Position numbers and translations under genes: made by a program. A stretch of 64,000 nt of DNA from Chthonomonadales bacterium (GTDB taxonomy: Bacteria > Armatimonadota > Chthonomonadetes > Chthonomonadales > CAJBBX01). This document shows, in pieces, positions 9,352 to 18,895 of the stretch. The notes below the pieces were generated by a model. It searched no databases and was not told where the DNA came from. It worked only from the letters and a program-made list of their open reading frames with translations. The stretch covers positions 320,001 to 384,000 of the forward strand of contig JBBIPC010000001.1 in the NCBI GenBank assembly GCA_037443035.1, given 5' to 3'. Numbering within the stretch: position 1 is the stretch's first letter; each line of letters starts with the position of its first letter.

Positions 9352-11256
9352 ATGAGCGTGCTGGTTGCACAGAACCTGGAAAAGTCCTTCGGTGCGCTGA
9401 CTGTCCTCGCTGGTGTGTCCATCCGCTTGGAGTGGCGTCAGCGCGTCGGACTCGTTGGCCCTAACGGTGCTGGGAAGACGACGTTACTGCAGGTGCTCGC
9501 TGGTCGTCTCGATCCGGACCGCGGGAAGGTATCGCTCGCTCGCGGCGTCCGCGTCGAGCTACTGCAGCAGGAACAGACCGTGGATCCGAAGCAGACGGTA
9601 TGGGCGGAGGCCGAGGCTGCGCTCGCTTCGTTAGTGGCCCTCGAAGCCCGCATGCGGAGCTGCGAACACGCAATGGCCTCGGCCACCGGCAGCGATCTCG
9701 AAGCGATCATGGCTGAGTACGCTGCGTTGCGCGACCGCCATGACGCGATGGGCGGGCACGACGCCATGCGGGATGTTCGGCGAGTGCTTCTCTCGCTAGG
9801 ATTCGTCGAGAGCGACTTTCACCGATCCTGCGCCAGTCTATCGGGCGGGCAGAAGACGCGTCTGGCCTTGGCTCGCATGCTCCTCTCAGGGACGGAGATC
9901 CTCCTGCTCGATGAGCCAACGAATCACCTGGATCTTGACGCCACCGAGTGGCTCGAGAGCTTCCTCTCGAGCTTTGGTGGCGCGCTGGTCGTGGTGTCCC
10001 ATGACCGACGGTTTCTGGATAATGTCGTTACGTCAGTGATCGAGCTGGATCGCGGAAAGCTTACATCCTATCGGGGCAACTTCTCCGCGTACTGGCAACA
10101 GCGCCAGGAGCGTCTGGCCCGCTATGAAGAGGACACAGCGACGCGTGCCCGGGAGATAGCACGACTGGAGGAGTATTGGCGGCGCAACAAGGCAGGCCAG
10201 AACCGAAATCAGGCCTGGTCGCGCTTCAAGACAGCACAGCGACTCCGCCAACAGACGCTCGAAGGTCCAAGCCGGCTGCGCGATCTTCGGGTTGCGATCA
10301 GCGCGGATAGTCGCAGTGGTAACGAGGTCGTAATCATCGAGAAGCTTAGCAAGCGATTCGGGGAACGCGTGCTCTTTAGCGACTTGTCCCTGGTGGTGAC
10401 GAGGGGTCAGAAGATCGGCGTGGTCGGCCCCAATGGATCGGGCAAGACCACCTTTCTACGGATTGTTCTGGGTGATGAGCCTCCGACCAGCGGATCCGCG
10501 AGACTCGGTGCCAGTGTGTTACCGGGATACTTCGCGCAGGAGACCGCAGATCTGGACCCCGAGATGACGGTGCTGGAGACGTTCATGACCGCGCGCGAGG
10601 TGGACCTTGGCGAGGCCCGATCGTTTCTCGCACGCTTCCTATTCACCGGTGACGATGTCTTCAAGACCGTCGCGCAACTGTCTGGCGGAGAGAAGAATCG
10701 GCTCGTTCTCGCCCAGCTGGCATTGATGCGACCGAATCTGCTTGTACTCGACGAACCGACGAACCATCTCGACATAGCAGCCCGACATGCTCTGGCACAA
10801 CTTCTGAAAGAGTATGACGGGACCATTCTCCTGGCCAGCCATGACCGTTACCTGCTAGATGAAGTGACAACGCACACGCTTGAGATCGCGGGTAGCGCCG
10901 CAACCTGGTACGACGGCAACTACTCCTCCTATCGCCGAGCCCGCATGCGCCAACTGGAACGTTCTGCCCCTCCGGCCCCCGTCCGAGCCGCGGAGGCCAG
11001 CCGTCCACGTAACTCCTTCGAGCTGGCGCGCATGCGCCGTCGAGCTGCCAAGGCCGTCGAGGCAGCTGAAAGCCGTGTCCAGGAAGCGGAGGACTGGCTC
11101 AGACGCATCGAGGAGTGTCTGGCAGCACCGCAGCCAGGTGATGACATGGTGCGATTGGCACAGGACTTTGAAGCAGCGCAACGTGAGTTGTCCCAGGCTA
11201 TGGAAGCGTGGGAGATGGCCGTTCTCCAGGCAGAGGAGCTTGGGTTGCCGGTCTGA
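9352..11256 (+). CDS. ABC-F family ATP-binding protein (Uup/YheS-like)
   Basis: Two ABC domains (GPNGAGKT/LSGGQ/DEPTNHLD; GPNGSGKT/LSGGE/DEPTNHLD), helical linker, C-terminal coiled coil, no TM segments. Confidence 0.93.
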   Translation: MSVLVAQNLEKSFGALTVLAGVSIRLEWRQRVGLVGPNGAGKTTLLQVLAGRLDPDRGKVSLARGVRVELLQQEQTVDPKQTVWAEAEAALASLVALEARMRSCEHAMASATGSDLEAIMAEYAALRDRHDAMGGHDAMRDVRRVLLSLGFVESDFHRSCASLSGGQKTRLALARMLLSGTEILLLDEPTNHLDLDATEWLESFLSSFGGALVVVSHDRRFLDNVVTSVIELDRGKLTSYRGNFSAYWQQRQERLARYEEDTATRAREIARLEEYWRRNKAGQNRNQAWSRFKTAQRLRQQTLEGPSRLRDLRVAISADSRSGNEVVIIEKLSKRFGERVLFSDLSLVVTRGQKIGVVGPNGSGKTTFLRIVLGDEPPTSGSARLGASVLPGYFAQETADLDPEMTVLETFMTAREVDLGEARSFLARFLFTGDDVFKTVAQLSGGEKNRLVLAQLALMRPNLLVLDEPTNHLDIAARHALAQLLKEYDGTILLASHDRYLLDEVTTHTLEIAGSAATWYDGNYSSYRRARMRQLERSAPPAPVRAAEASRPRNSFELARMRRRAAKAVEAAESRVQEAEDWLRRIEECLAAPQPGDDMVRLAQDFEAAQRELSQAMEAWEMAVLQAEELGLPV

Positions 11257-11297
11257 CACAGTTTCGCACGCTGTGCAGAGAACTCGACTCGGCGCCC

Positions 11298-11326
11298 TTG
11301 ACTGCCGCCACGATATGGCAGATAAT
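11298..11326 (+). promoter_or_regulatory. sigma70-type promoter with no downstream protein gene on the + strand
   Basis: TTGACT-N17-GATAAT. Confidence 0.55.
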
Positions 11327-11331
11327 AGTAG

Positions 11332-11486
11332 GCAGACTAGGAAAGGGGGTGGTGGCTAGGAATGGATCATAGTCAACGGAGGTGTGGCGGGGGTTAGTGC
11401 TGTTTTAGCCCTCGGGTCATGAACGGCGCTATCCCGCCGTTCCTCAAGAAGGCCGGGCAGCGGGCGATCGCTGCCCGGCGTCTTTC
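11332..11486 (+). ncRNA. Candidate stand-alone small RNA or micro-peptide transcript (~155 nt)
   Basis: Bracketed by a promoter and a terminator; contains GGA-rich and SD-like motifs, hairpins, and an 11-codon ORF (11362-11397). Confidence 0.4.
11452..11486. terminator. Intrinsic terminator, probably bidirectional
   Basis: 11-bp perfect stem GCCGGGCAGCG/CGCTGCCCGGC, followed by GTCTTTC and preceded by AAGAAG; lies between convergent units. Confidence 0.7.
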
Positions 11487-11495
11487 GTCATGGGG

Positions 11496-12896
11496 TCAGC
11501 GGGCAACGAACCTCATGATCCGGCTGACCGATAGCGCGTACTCGCCACTGTCGGCCGCGACAACGACCCAGTAGTACGTCCGACCCGCCTGGAGATACGG
11601 TCCCTGGTACTGCAGCGAGGTCTGCGGTGCCTGGACCTTGCTCGCACCTGGATTGTTGAAGTCCGCGGGCCACAGAGGCACAGCTCCATGAGGATCATCG
11701 GGGTTCTGGAGATCGGGGAAACGATCCCATACGACAACTTGGTATGTTGCCGCACCGTAGACTCCAGTCCATCGGAAGATGGGGTCGCCCGTGACCGCAT
11801 CCCCCTGGGCCGGCGCCGTCGCAAGTATGGGCTGCAACGGATTGGCCGATACGACGTCACTTGCCGGTCCCACAATGCCACGAGACGGGAACGCAACCGT
11901 ATCCAAGCAATGGACGGTGTAGTAGTAGACCGTGTCCGGCGTCAGCACAGGATCCACGTCGAAGAACGATGATGCGAGGGGGTCCCTGAGCACAGCCGTC
12001 GTGGCGCTTGGCGGACTCGAAGTGCCTCGCTTGACGGCGTACCCGAACAGATCGTCCCAACTGCGATAGTCCCAGAACAGATCGACTTCGATGACGGACC
12101 CAGCAGGAGTAGCCCGACCTGCTGACGTGCTGACCGGATCCCCCGTTCGGGGCGCGAGAGGCAGTCCACGGCGCTGGCGGTAGACCCTCTGAAGCCACTG
12201 CAGGTACGCCGGGCGGCCACCTGGAGAGCGTGTCACAGTATCGGCAATCGTCCACGCTTGTGCCGCAGGGTTCTGTGGTGCTGGTATCGCACCTTGATCG
12301 CTGCCATAAGGCAATGCGAAGGAGAGATTGGCTACCTCGTTCGCGGCAAGATGGATGGTCTTCGTGTCGTTCATATATCCCGCCAGGGAACATGTGACCT
12401 CATATGTCACGCCCGGCGTGAGGCGTCGTATGTCGTAGACGCCATCCGAGCCGGTGACACCCAAGGTGGATCCCCACGGCCCTTGCACGAAGACCTTCGC
12501 ACCCTCAAGTGCGTATCCACCGGCGTCTATGACCACGCCAGTGAGCCGCGCCTGGTAACGCTCGTCCGAGACTACCACGTTGACGCTGCGGTTCTTCTCT
12601 CCCGCCGAAAGGTCCACTCGCGTCTCACCGCTGTAGCGTCGCCCCTCGATGGTGACCGATGCTGAGACCGTACGGATGCCGCTCGGCAGATTCGCCAGAG
12701 CGAACGTGCCGTTGCTCAGCGACACCGTCGACCTGCCCGAACACGAAACGGATGCTCCAGCCACTGGCTTACCGTCCACATCGGTTACCACTCCCGTCAA
12801 GCGAGTGGCAGGGTCGCTTCCGCCACCACCACAGCCCCACAACAGGAATGCCAGTAGCACAAGGCTCGCCCGATGCGCACCACGTTCCCCTCTCAT
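11496..12896 (-). CDS. Lipoprotein with two carboxypeptidase-regulatory-like beta domains and fibronectin-III-like C-terminal domains
   Basis: Lipobox LLWG-C followed by GGGGS linker; LTGVVTDVDGKPVAGASV repeat-type domains; TVYYYTV and TYYWVVVA Fn3-like strands. Confidence 0.75.
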   Translation of the reverse strand: MRGERGAHRASLVLLAFLLWGCGGGGSDPATRLTGVVTDVDGKPVAGASVSCSGRSTVSLSNGTFALANLPSGIRTVSASVTIEGRRYSGETRVDLSAGEKNRSVNVVVSDERYQARLTGVVIDAGGYALEGAKVFVQGPWGSTLGVTGSDGVYDIRRLTPGVTYEVTCSLAGYMNDTKTIHLAANEVANLSFALPYGSDQGAIPAPQNPAAQAWTIADTVTRSPGGRPAYLQWLQRVYRQRRGLPLAPRTGDPVSTSAGRATPAGSVIEVDLFWDYRSWDDLFGYAVKRGTSSPPSATTAVLRDPLASSFFDVDPVLTPDTVYYYTVHCLDTVAFPSRGIVGPASDVVSANPLQPILATAPAQGDAVTGDPIFRWTGVYGAATYQVVVWDRFPDLQNPDDPHGAVPLWPADFNNPGASKVQAPQTSLQYQGPYLQAGRTYYWVVVAADSGEYALSVSRIMRFVAR

Positions 12897-13047
12897 CACC
12901 AGCCCCCTTTCCCTTGCAGGCTCACTTAGCCTTTCGCATACTCTACCTTCTGACGTCTGCCACACGCCCATCACCATCTAGCACGACAGGATTGCGCAAG
13001 TGTGACACAGGGTACAATCGTCGTCAATTCCCTTAGTGAGTTAATCC

Positions 13048-14172
13048 ATGGAACCAGTTCGAATTGGTGTGGTTGGATGTGGCAACATCAGCGGCATCTA
13101 CTTCACCAACCTCCAGCGCTACCCCCTCGCGCGCGTCATTGCGTGTTCTGACCTCGACATCGCGAAGGCGCAAGCAGCCAGCCAGACCTATGGCATTCCT
13201 ATGGTTCTCGCACCTGACGATCTTGTCACCCACCCGGACGTGGACCTTGTGCTCAACCTCACTGTCCCCAAGGCCCACGCGTCTGTCTCGCTGATGGCAA
13301 TGCGTGCGCGGAAGCACGTGTACACGGAAAAGCCCCTCGCTGTGAGTCGCCAGCAAGGATCTGAACTGATCGGAGTAGCTACGTCTCAGAATGTTCGCAT
13401 CGGAAGTGCGCCCGACACGTTCCTCGGTGGATCGCACCAGACCTGCCGAGATCTCATAGACTCCGGTGCCATTGGAGAGCCCGTCGGCGCTGCCGCATTC
13501 ATGCTTTGTCATGGCCACGAGACCTGGCACCCGAGCCCGGAGTTCTACTACGAAATAGGCGGTGGGCCGATGATGGACATGGGGCCCTATTACCTGACCG
13601 CTCTAGTGAATCTATTAGGGCCGATCCATCGTGTCACGGGCGCCAATCGCATCACATTCTCCGAGCGTATCATCACGAGCCAGCCCAAACACGGCAGAGT
13701 CATCCGCGTCGAGACGCCAACACATATTCATGGTGTCATGGAGTTCGCGTCGGGCGCCATAGGTTCGATCATTACGAGCTTCGATGTGTGGCATACGACG
13801 CTGCCGAGGATCGAGATTTGGGGAACGGAGGGTTCTCTTCTCGTTCCCGACCCCAATGGCTTCGGAGGAACACCGCTGATGATGCGGCGGGGAGACAGGA
13901 GCTGGTCCGAGGTCCCCGTGACGCGAGGGTTCACCTCTAACTCCCGCGGCGTCGGCCTGGTTGACATGATCCTTGGCATCGCCACGGGCGGACCCCATCG
14001 CGCGTCTGGCGCGCTGGCTCTCCATGTGCTCGATGCCATGCAAGGCTTCAACGATGCGGCGGACGCGAGTGCTCATTACGACCTCGTACACCGGACGGAA
14101 CGGCCCCTGCCGCTACCAGCGGGCTTGATCGCAGAAGCGGATGGCCTGTGGGTGGTTAACGCAGGAACGTAA
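13048..14172 (+). CDS. Gfo/Idh/MocA family NAD-dependent oxidoreductase
   Basis: IGVVGCGNIS, KHVYTEKP, GSAPDTFLG, GGGPMMDMGPYY. Confidence 0.9.
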   Translation: MEPVRIGVVGCGNISGIYFTNLQRYPLARVIACSDLDIAKAQAASQTYGIPMVLAPDDLVTHPDVDLVLNLTVPKAHASVSLMAMRARKHVYTEKPLAVSRQQGSELIGVATSQNVRIGSAPDTFLGGSHQTCRDLIDSGAIGEPVGAAAFMLCHGHETWHPSPEFYYEIGGGPMMDMGPYYLTALVNLLGPIHRVTGANRITFSERIITSQPKHGRVIRVETPTHIHGVMEFASGAIGSIITSFDVWHTTLPRIEIWGTEGSLLVPDPNGFGGTPLMMRRGDRSWSEVPVTRGFTSNSRGVGLVDMILGIATGGPHRASGALALHVLDAMQGFNDAADASAHYDLVHRTERPLPLPAGLIAEADGLWVVNAGT

Positions 14173-14671
14173 CCCAGCGCCCGTTCTCGGTGCGAGTAAT
14201 CTCGGCAACTAGCGCGGGTGGCTTGCCCGAACCTTCAGCCTGAGACTGGAGAAACCGAATGCGGCGATAGCCGTAGGTCCAGGCACCGCGTCGGATGGCT
14301 TCGTCGCGAATAGGTTCGATCACGCCATGAACGCTTGGCGTTTGGATGGCTGGGACTGGCTCCAGCACTACCTCTAGGACATCGAGATCGTCGCCTGTGT
14401 GGCATGTCGCATGGTACGAGCGGCACGCTGTATTCAGTTGGCTCAGAAACGGGATCCGCTTGGACTCATACTCGCGCCGTTGTAGCTCAGAGGCTGGTAG
14501 CGGCACATCGAGTCCTACGTTCGATGTTGTCGCGCTCACCTCTGGAGTCACGGACGCCGGATAACCGCTGGCTGGGACGTGACGTTCTGATGTGCGTTGC
14601 AGCATCCGCCATCCGACAAGCGTCGCAGCAATAGCCAGCGCAGTACCCAACAGCACAGCGATAGCTCGCAC
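14156..14671 (-). CDS. Hypothetical membrane-anchored protein
   Basis: N-terminal TM/signal helix; directly downstream of nfo on the same strand. Confidence 0.6.
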   Translation of the reverse strand: MRAIAVLLGTALAIAATLVGWRMLQRTSERHVPASGYPASVTPEVSATTSNVGLDVPLPASELQRREYESKRIPFLSQLNTACRSYHATCHTGDDLDVLEVVLEPVPAIQTPSVHGVIEPIRDEAIRRGAWTYGYRRIRFLQSQAEGSGKPPALVAEITRTENGRWVTFLR

Positions 14672-14677
14672 GGCGGG

Positions 14678-15535
14678 TCATCCTTGCTCGACCAGTCCTC
14701 GCAACACCTCCAAGTTCCTTTGGTGCATCGTCTCGGCTTCAGGTGTCTCCAGGATGAGGGGTAGATGCCGCAGGCGACTGTCGTTCACCAGCCAGCGAAA
14801 CGGTTCGAGGCCGATTTGTCCCTGCCCCAGATGTTCATGCCGGTCCACACGACTGCCAACAGGTTTCTTTGCATCGTTGCAGTGGATGATCTTCAGCCGA
14901 CGGATGCCGACGGTCGAGTCGAACTGCACCCAGAGCCGCTCATAACTCTCCCGGCTCGTCAGGTCGTACCCAGCCACGAAGATGTGGCATGTGTCCAGGC
15001 AAACTCCAAGCCTGGGATGATCCCCCACCCCGTCGAGAACCCGTTGTAGCTGCTGGAATGTGTATCCTAGACCCGTGCCCTGACCTGCTGTTGTCTCAAG
15101 CGCAATGCCTGCGTTCATGCCCTCACTATCTGCCAGTAGCCGCTTGACACTCTCCGTCAGTCGCCCAAGCCCCTCCTCTTCTCCGGTATTCAAGTGGGCT
15201 CCCATATGCGTCACAACCCAGGGTATGCGGAGCTGATGCGCCCGCTCCAACTCGTGCATGAACGCCCTCATGGAGGTGGCATGGACCTTGGAGTCCGGCG
15301 CCGCGAGGTTCACCAGATAGGAATCGTGAGCGCATATGAAACCAATTCCCGTCGCTTCGATCGCGTCGTGGAACGAACGAATCTCCTCGTCTTTCAATGG
15401 CGGCGCATGCCACTGCTTGGGGTTGGCGGTGAATAACTGCACGGCGGTGCAGCCAATGGTCTGGCCACTCGTCAGTGCTGACGCCAGGCCGCCATTCGTG
15501 GGCATGTGAGCGCCCATCAAGCGTGCATGCATCAT
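14678..15535 (-). CDS. nfo: Endonuclease IV (AP endonuclease)
   Basis: GAHM, HDSYLVNLA, LETTAGQG, CLDTCHIF, HCNDAK, DRHEHLG, ILETP. Confidence 0.95.
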   Translation of the reverse strand: MMHARLMGAHMPTNGGLASALTSGQTIGCTAVQLFTANPKQWHAPPLKDEEIRSFHDAIEATGIGFICAHDSYLVNLAAPDSKVHATSMRAFMHELERAHQLRIPWVVTHMGAHLNTGEEEGLGRLTESVKRLLADSEGMNAGIALETTAGQGTGLGYTFQQLQRVLDGVGDHPRLGVCLDTCHIFVAGYDLTSRESYERLWVQFDSTVGIRRLKIIHCNDAKKPVGSRVDRHEHLGQGQIGLEPFRWLVNDSRLRHLPLILETPEAETMHQRNLEVLRGLVEQG

Positions 15536-16503
15536 CGGCGAGACCGCCGCGGCTGATCCTCCCGAGGCATCAGGCGCACCAACGCGCCTTCCTCCGGGCT
15601 CTTACCCTCCACGAGGGTCGCTTTGGACCGGTCCGCCTTCACGTCCGTTACGCGCAGCACGCCGACGCGCACTTCCTCGGTCCAGACCGGCTCGCCGGCC
15701 CTATCGCGGATGGCATCGAGCTCGATGATGTTCAACTGATCGCCGACACGCACACCATCGTTGCTGCCGACACTGACAACGTAGACGCCACCGTCACCGA
15801 CAGCGAGTACCCGCCCCGCTGTCACCGAGGACACATCCAGCAGACGTTGCAGGACTTCATCCACTGCTTTGCGCGCTGCGCGTCCCAGCAGGCTTTCCGA
15901 CCAATCCCTGCTGTTCACATCCACTCCACCAAGGCTGATAGAACCGCCAACCCATGAGCCACCGACAAGCGTACCGCCGTAATTGACGATCTTGCCCTCT
16001 CCGGTGGCCGTTCCGAGGATGTCGCCTGTCCGTACGTCAACAACCCTGGCATCCAGTACGACCCTTGCCGTGGCTGTACGTACCTGTAGACCCCCGAACG
16101 GCCCCAGACCGAAGAGACCGCCGACACGGTTGTCGCGTACCCCGAATTCCGTTGCTCGCGCAGCCACCAAGTATTGCGCCCCGACAAGCTTGCCGGCCGA
16201 AACAGCCGTCTCCGGGTCCACGTCTCCCGAACGAACAAGCTGCTGCTCCCGTAGCACGGAATCCAGATCTTGTCTCTCGAGGACTCGCCAGCCGTTCCGC
16301 CGCAGCGCCGTAATGAGCATATCTGCCACCACGGAGTCGACTTGGCTGCCACCTCTGGAGTTCGAGGCCACCACGGCAACCCGAGAACCAGCCGGAAGCT
16401 CCACCATCCGCGCCTTCTGACGCTGTGTAGCAGCAGCGCTCAGCGCCAGGAGCGCGTGTGCAGCCACCGCTAGCGCACCACACCGAAGGATCCTAGCATT
16501 CAT
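15532..16503 (-). CDS. CsgG/HfaB-family secreted protein with C-terminal beta domain
   Basis: Signal peptide; VLERQDLDSVLREQ...TAVSAGKLVGAQYLV...ARVVDVRTGDIL CsgG-type motifs. Confidence 0.8.
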   Translation of the reverse strand: MNARILRCGALAVAAHALLALSAAATQRQKARMVELPAGSRVAVVASNSRGGSQVDSVVADMLITALRRNGWRVLERQDLDSVLREQQLVRSGDVDPETAVSAGKLVGAQYLVAARATEFGVRDNRVGGLFGLGPFGGLQVRTATARVVLDARVVDVRTGDILGTATGEGKIVNYGGTLVGGSWVGGSISLGGVDVNSRDWSESLLGRAARKAVDEVLQRLLDVSSVTAGRVLAVGDGGVYVVSVGSNDGVRVGDQLNIIELDAIRDRAGEPVWTEEVRVGVLRVTDVKADRSKATLVEGKSPEEGALVRLMPREDQPRRSRR

Positions 16504-16572
16504 GTTCCGCCCCCTGTCATCGCCTCCCGTAGATGACTAGCATACGGATTGTATCGCCTCTGCATTCACCCG

Positions 16573-17655
16573 TCAAGCTGGGTCCTCGTGTTCGGACCAA
16601 ACCTGACTGATCCTGGCAGCAACTTGGCCAGCGATCTTACGGAACGCCTCGGCCTGGGGCGTGTTGGAGTCCACAAGGATGGAGGGCTGCCCGGCATCGC
16701 CGCTCATGGTGACAATCGGATCGATGGGCACAGCTCCGAGGAAGGGCACTCCAAGCCGCTCAGCGGCTCGCGCCCCGCCTCCGGATCCGAACAAGGTGGT
16801 GACCTTCCCACAATGAGGACACGCGAAACCGCTCATATTCTCGATAATGCCCAATATCGGCAGAGGCCGCCCTGTACTTTCCTCCAATGTCCGGAACATG
16901 ATAATTGCCTTGTTGGCAATCTGCTGCGCCACGTCCTGGGGTGTCATGACGATGACCACCCCCGTCAACGGCATGATCTGCGCCAGCGACATGGGTGCAT
17001 CGCCGGTACCGGGTGGCAGATCAACGATAAGGTAGTCCAGCTCTCCCCACGCAACATCTTCGAGAAACTGCTGCAGGGCCTTGCCGATCATGGGACCGCG
17101 CCACACTACAGCCCGATCGCTTTCCAGGAAGAACCCCATGGACATGAGGTACACGCCATGCCTGTAGATCGGCAGGATATGCTCTCCATCGAACTCCGGC
17201 TCTTCGTGCACACCCATCATGAGCGGTATGGTCGGGCCGTAGATATCTGCATCAAGGATCCCCACGGTTGCACCGGTCTGGGCCAGGGCAACGGCGAGGT
17301 TGCATGCCACCGTAGACTTTCCTACGCCGCCTTTGCCGCTTGCCACCGCGACTACGTGCTTCACACCGGGAGCGAGGTTCCGATCTCGCTCCACGCTGCG
17401 GACGCGCGATGACAGGTTGATCGCGACTTCCCTGGTGCCGGGTATGCCGAGTACCGCTTCCTCCGCCCGAGCCTTCAGTTGATCTCGCACGGGACACGCT
17501 GGGGTCGTGAGCTCGATCTGCACCTCGACACGTCCGTCGGCAATGGCGATGTCTTTCACGAAGCCGAGTTCCACGATGTCGCGCCCAAGATCGGGATCCA
17601 TGACCGCCCGGAGGGCGTCTAGCACCTGCTCACGGCTTGGACAACTACCTTCCAT
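16573..17655 (-). CDS. mrp: Mrp/NBP35 (ApbC) Fe-S cluster carrier ATPase
   Basis: N-terminal DUF59 (DPDLGRDIVELG, LTTPACP), SGKGGVGKST, DADIYGP, DLPPGTGD, ENMSGFACPHC. Confidence 0.93.
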   Translation of the reverse strand: MEGSCPSREQVLDALRAVMDPDLGRDIVELGFVKDIAIADGRVEVQIELTTPACPVRDQLKARAEEAVLGIPGTREVAINLSSRVRSVERDRNLAPGVKHVVAVASGKGGVGKSTVACNLAVALAQTGATVGILDADIYGPTIPLMMGVHEEPEFDGEHILPIYRHGVYLMSMGFFLESDRAVVWRGPMIGKALQQFLEDVAWGELDYLIVDLPPGTGDAPMSLAQIMPLTGVVIVMTPQDVAQQIANKAIIMFRTLEESTGRPLPILGIIENMSGFACPHCGKVTTLFGSGGGARAAERLGVPFLGAVPIDPIVTMSGDAGQPSILVDSNTPQAEAFRKIAGQVAARISQVWSEHEDPA

Positions 17656-18352
17656 GGGATACCTCGCTCCCCGTACGTCCGTTCGCTTCGTCATCAGCCC
17701 GCGCCGCCCACAGGAGCCCTCTGCGGCAGATCTCTGCTGACTCCGGAATGCGCAGCACGTCCGCGGTATGTCCAAGCGATGTGTAGAACACTCTGCCCTG
17801 GCCGTACATGCGCGTCCATACCACTGGCATATCGAATGGACCATTCGTGACATGGGGACCATCTGCCACAGGCATAGGCGTCACTGCAAGCACGCGGTTG
17901 GATGGGTCTACATGCATGTAGTACTGCTCGGACGTGACGGTGAAATCCGAGACACCGCGGGTGATGTAGTGCTCATGGTCGGTGATTCGTACGCGGTATG
18001 TCACGTTATCATCACCCGGATGAGCCACCCACTGGCCACCCGTCATGAAATGGTATTCCGTAGCGTCGCGGAATGCGTCGCACATCCCGCCATGACAACC
18101 CGCGAGACCGACGCCTCTTCGAACTGCCTCGCACAACGGGGCAAGTTGCGAACCGGCTATCTGTCCCATAGTCCATACGGGAACGATGAGATCCACTGCA
18201 AGCAACTGGTTCACATCCAGAAAAGCATCGAGCGTACGCTCGACGCGGACAGAGAAGGCCTCCTTCTCGAGAATCTCAGCAAAGAAGCCTGCCACGGCCT
18301 CAGGCTCATGGCCTTCCCATCCTCCGCATACCACCAGAGCACGTCTTGTCAC
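17645..18352 (-). CDS. ThuA-like domain protein (class I glutamine amidotransferase-like fold)
   Basis: GGWEGHEP, GCHGGMCDAFR, GGQWVAHP, SEQYYMHVDP, GRVFYTSLGH. Confidence 0.85.
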   Translation of the reverse strand: MTRRALVVCGGWEGHEPEAVAGFFAEILEKEAFSVRVERTLDAFLDVNQLLAVDLIVPVWTMGQIAGSQLAPLCEAVRRGVGLAGCHGGMCDAFRDATEYHFMTGGQWVAHPGDDNVTYRVRITDHEHYITRGVSDFTVTSEQYYMHVDPSNRVLAVTPMPVADGPHVTNGPFDMPVVWTRMYGQGRVFYTSLGHTADVLRIPESAEICRRGLLWAARADDEANGRTGSEVSHGR

Positions 18353-18895
18353 TCAAGTCTCCTCTTTGTGTGATGCCAGCATCTCGCCCACCTTCGTCCA
18401 GCGCTCCGCATCTTTCTCGTGGCGCAGGACCGGCTGAAAGCCGAGGTCCATGTACAACCGAATGGCTGAGATCCGCTCGTCATCCGTTTCCAGCACCGCG
18501 GACCTCAGACTAAGCCGCGCGAACCGTTGCAACACAGCGACAATCACTGCACGGCCCAGCCCTTGGTTTCTCGCGGCGCGCGCTGTCCCGACCCAGTGCA
18601 CGTAGCCTTCTCCCGGGAACGAGACGGGGTCCAACCGCGCCGATGCCGTTGCCAGGAGACCCCCATTCTTCTCGATCACGAATACGGCATCCACGGAGGC
18701 ACAGCGTGTCAGGTTCTCGGCAACGCCAGCGGGCGACCATGGCGTACCGAAGGCGTCGCTCAAGAGGGTCGCTAGCTGGACTTCGTCGCTCGACGTCGCA
18801 GTCCTGAGCACGAATCCCGCGGGCAATACTGGCTCTGGAATCCCCAACAGAGAAGGCCGGCGCATCAAGAGCTGCGGCGGGCCGGTTCGTGTCAC
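18353..18895 (-). CDS. GNAT family N-acetyltransferase
   Basis: YVHWVG..AARNQGLGRA acetyl-CoA motif A; AIRLYMDLGF. Confidence 0.85.
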   Translation of the reverse strand: MTRTGPPQLLMRRPSLLGIPEPVLPAGFVLRTATSSDEVQLATLLSDAFGTPWSPAGVAENLTRCASVDAVFVIEKNGGLLATASARLDPVSFPGEGYVHWVGTARAARNQGLGRAVIVAVLQRFARLSLRSAVLETDDERISAIRLYMDLGFQPVLRHEKDAERWTKVGEMLASHKEET

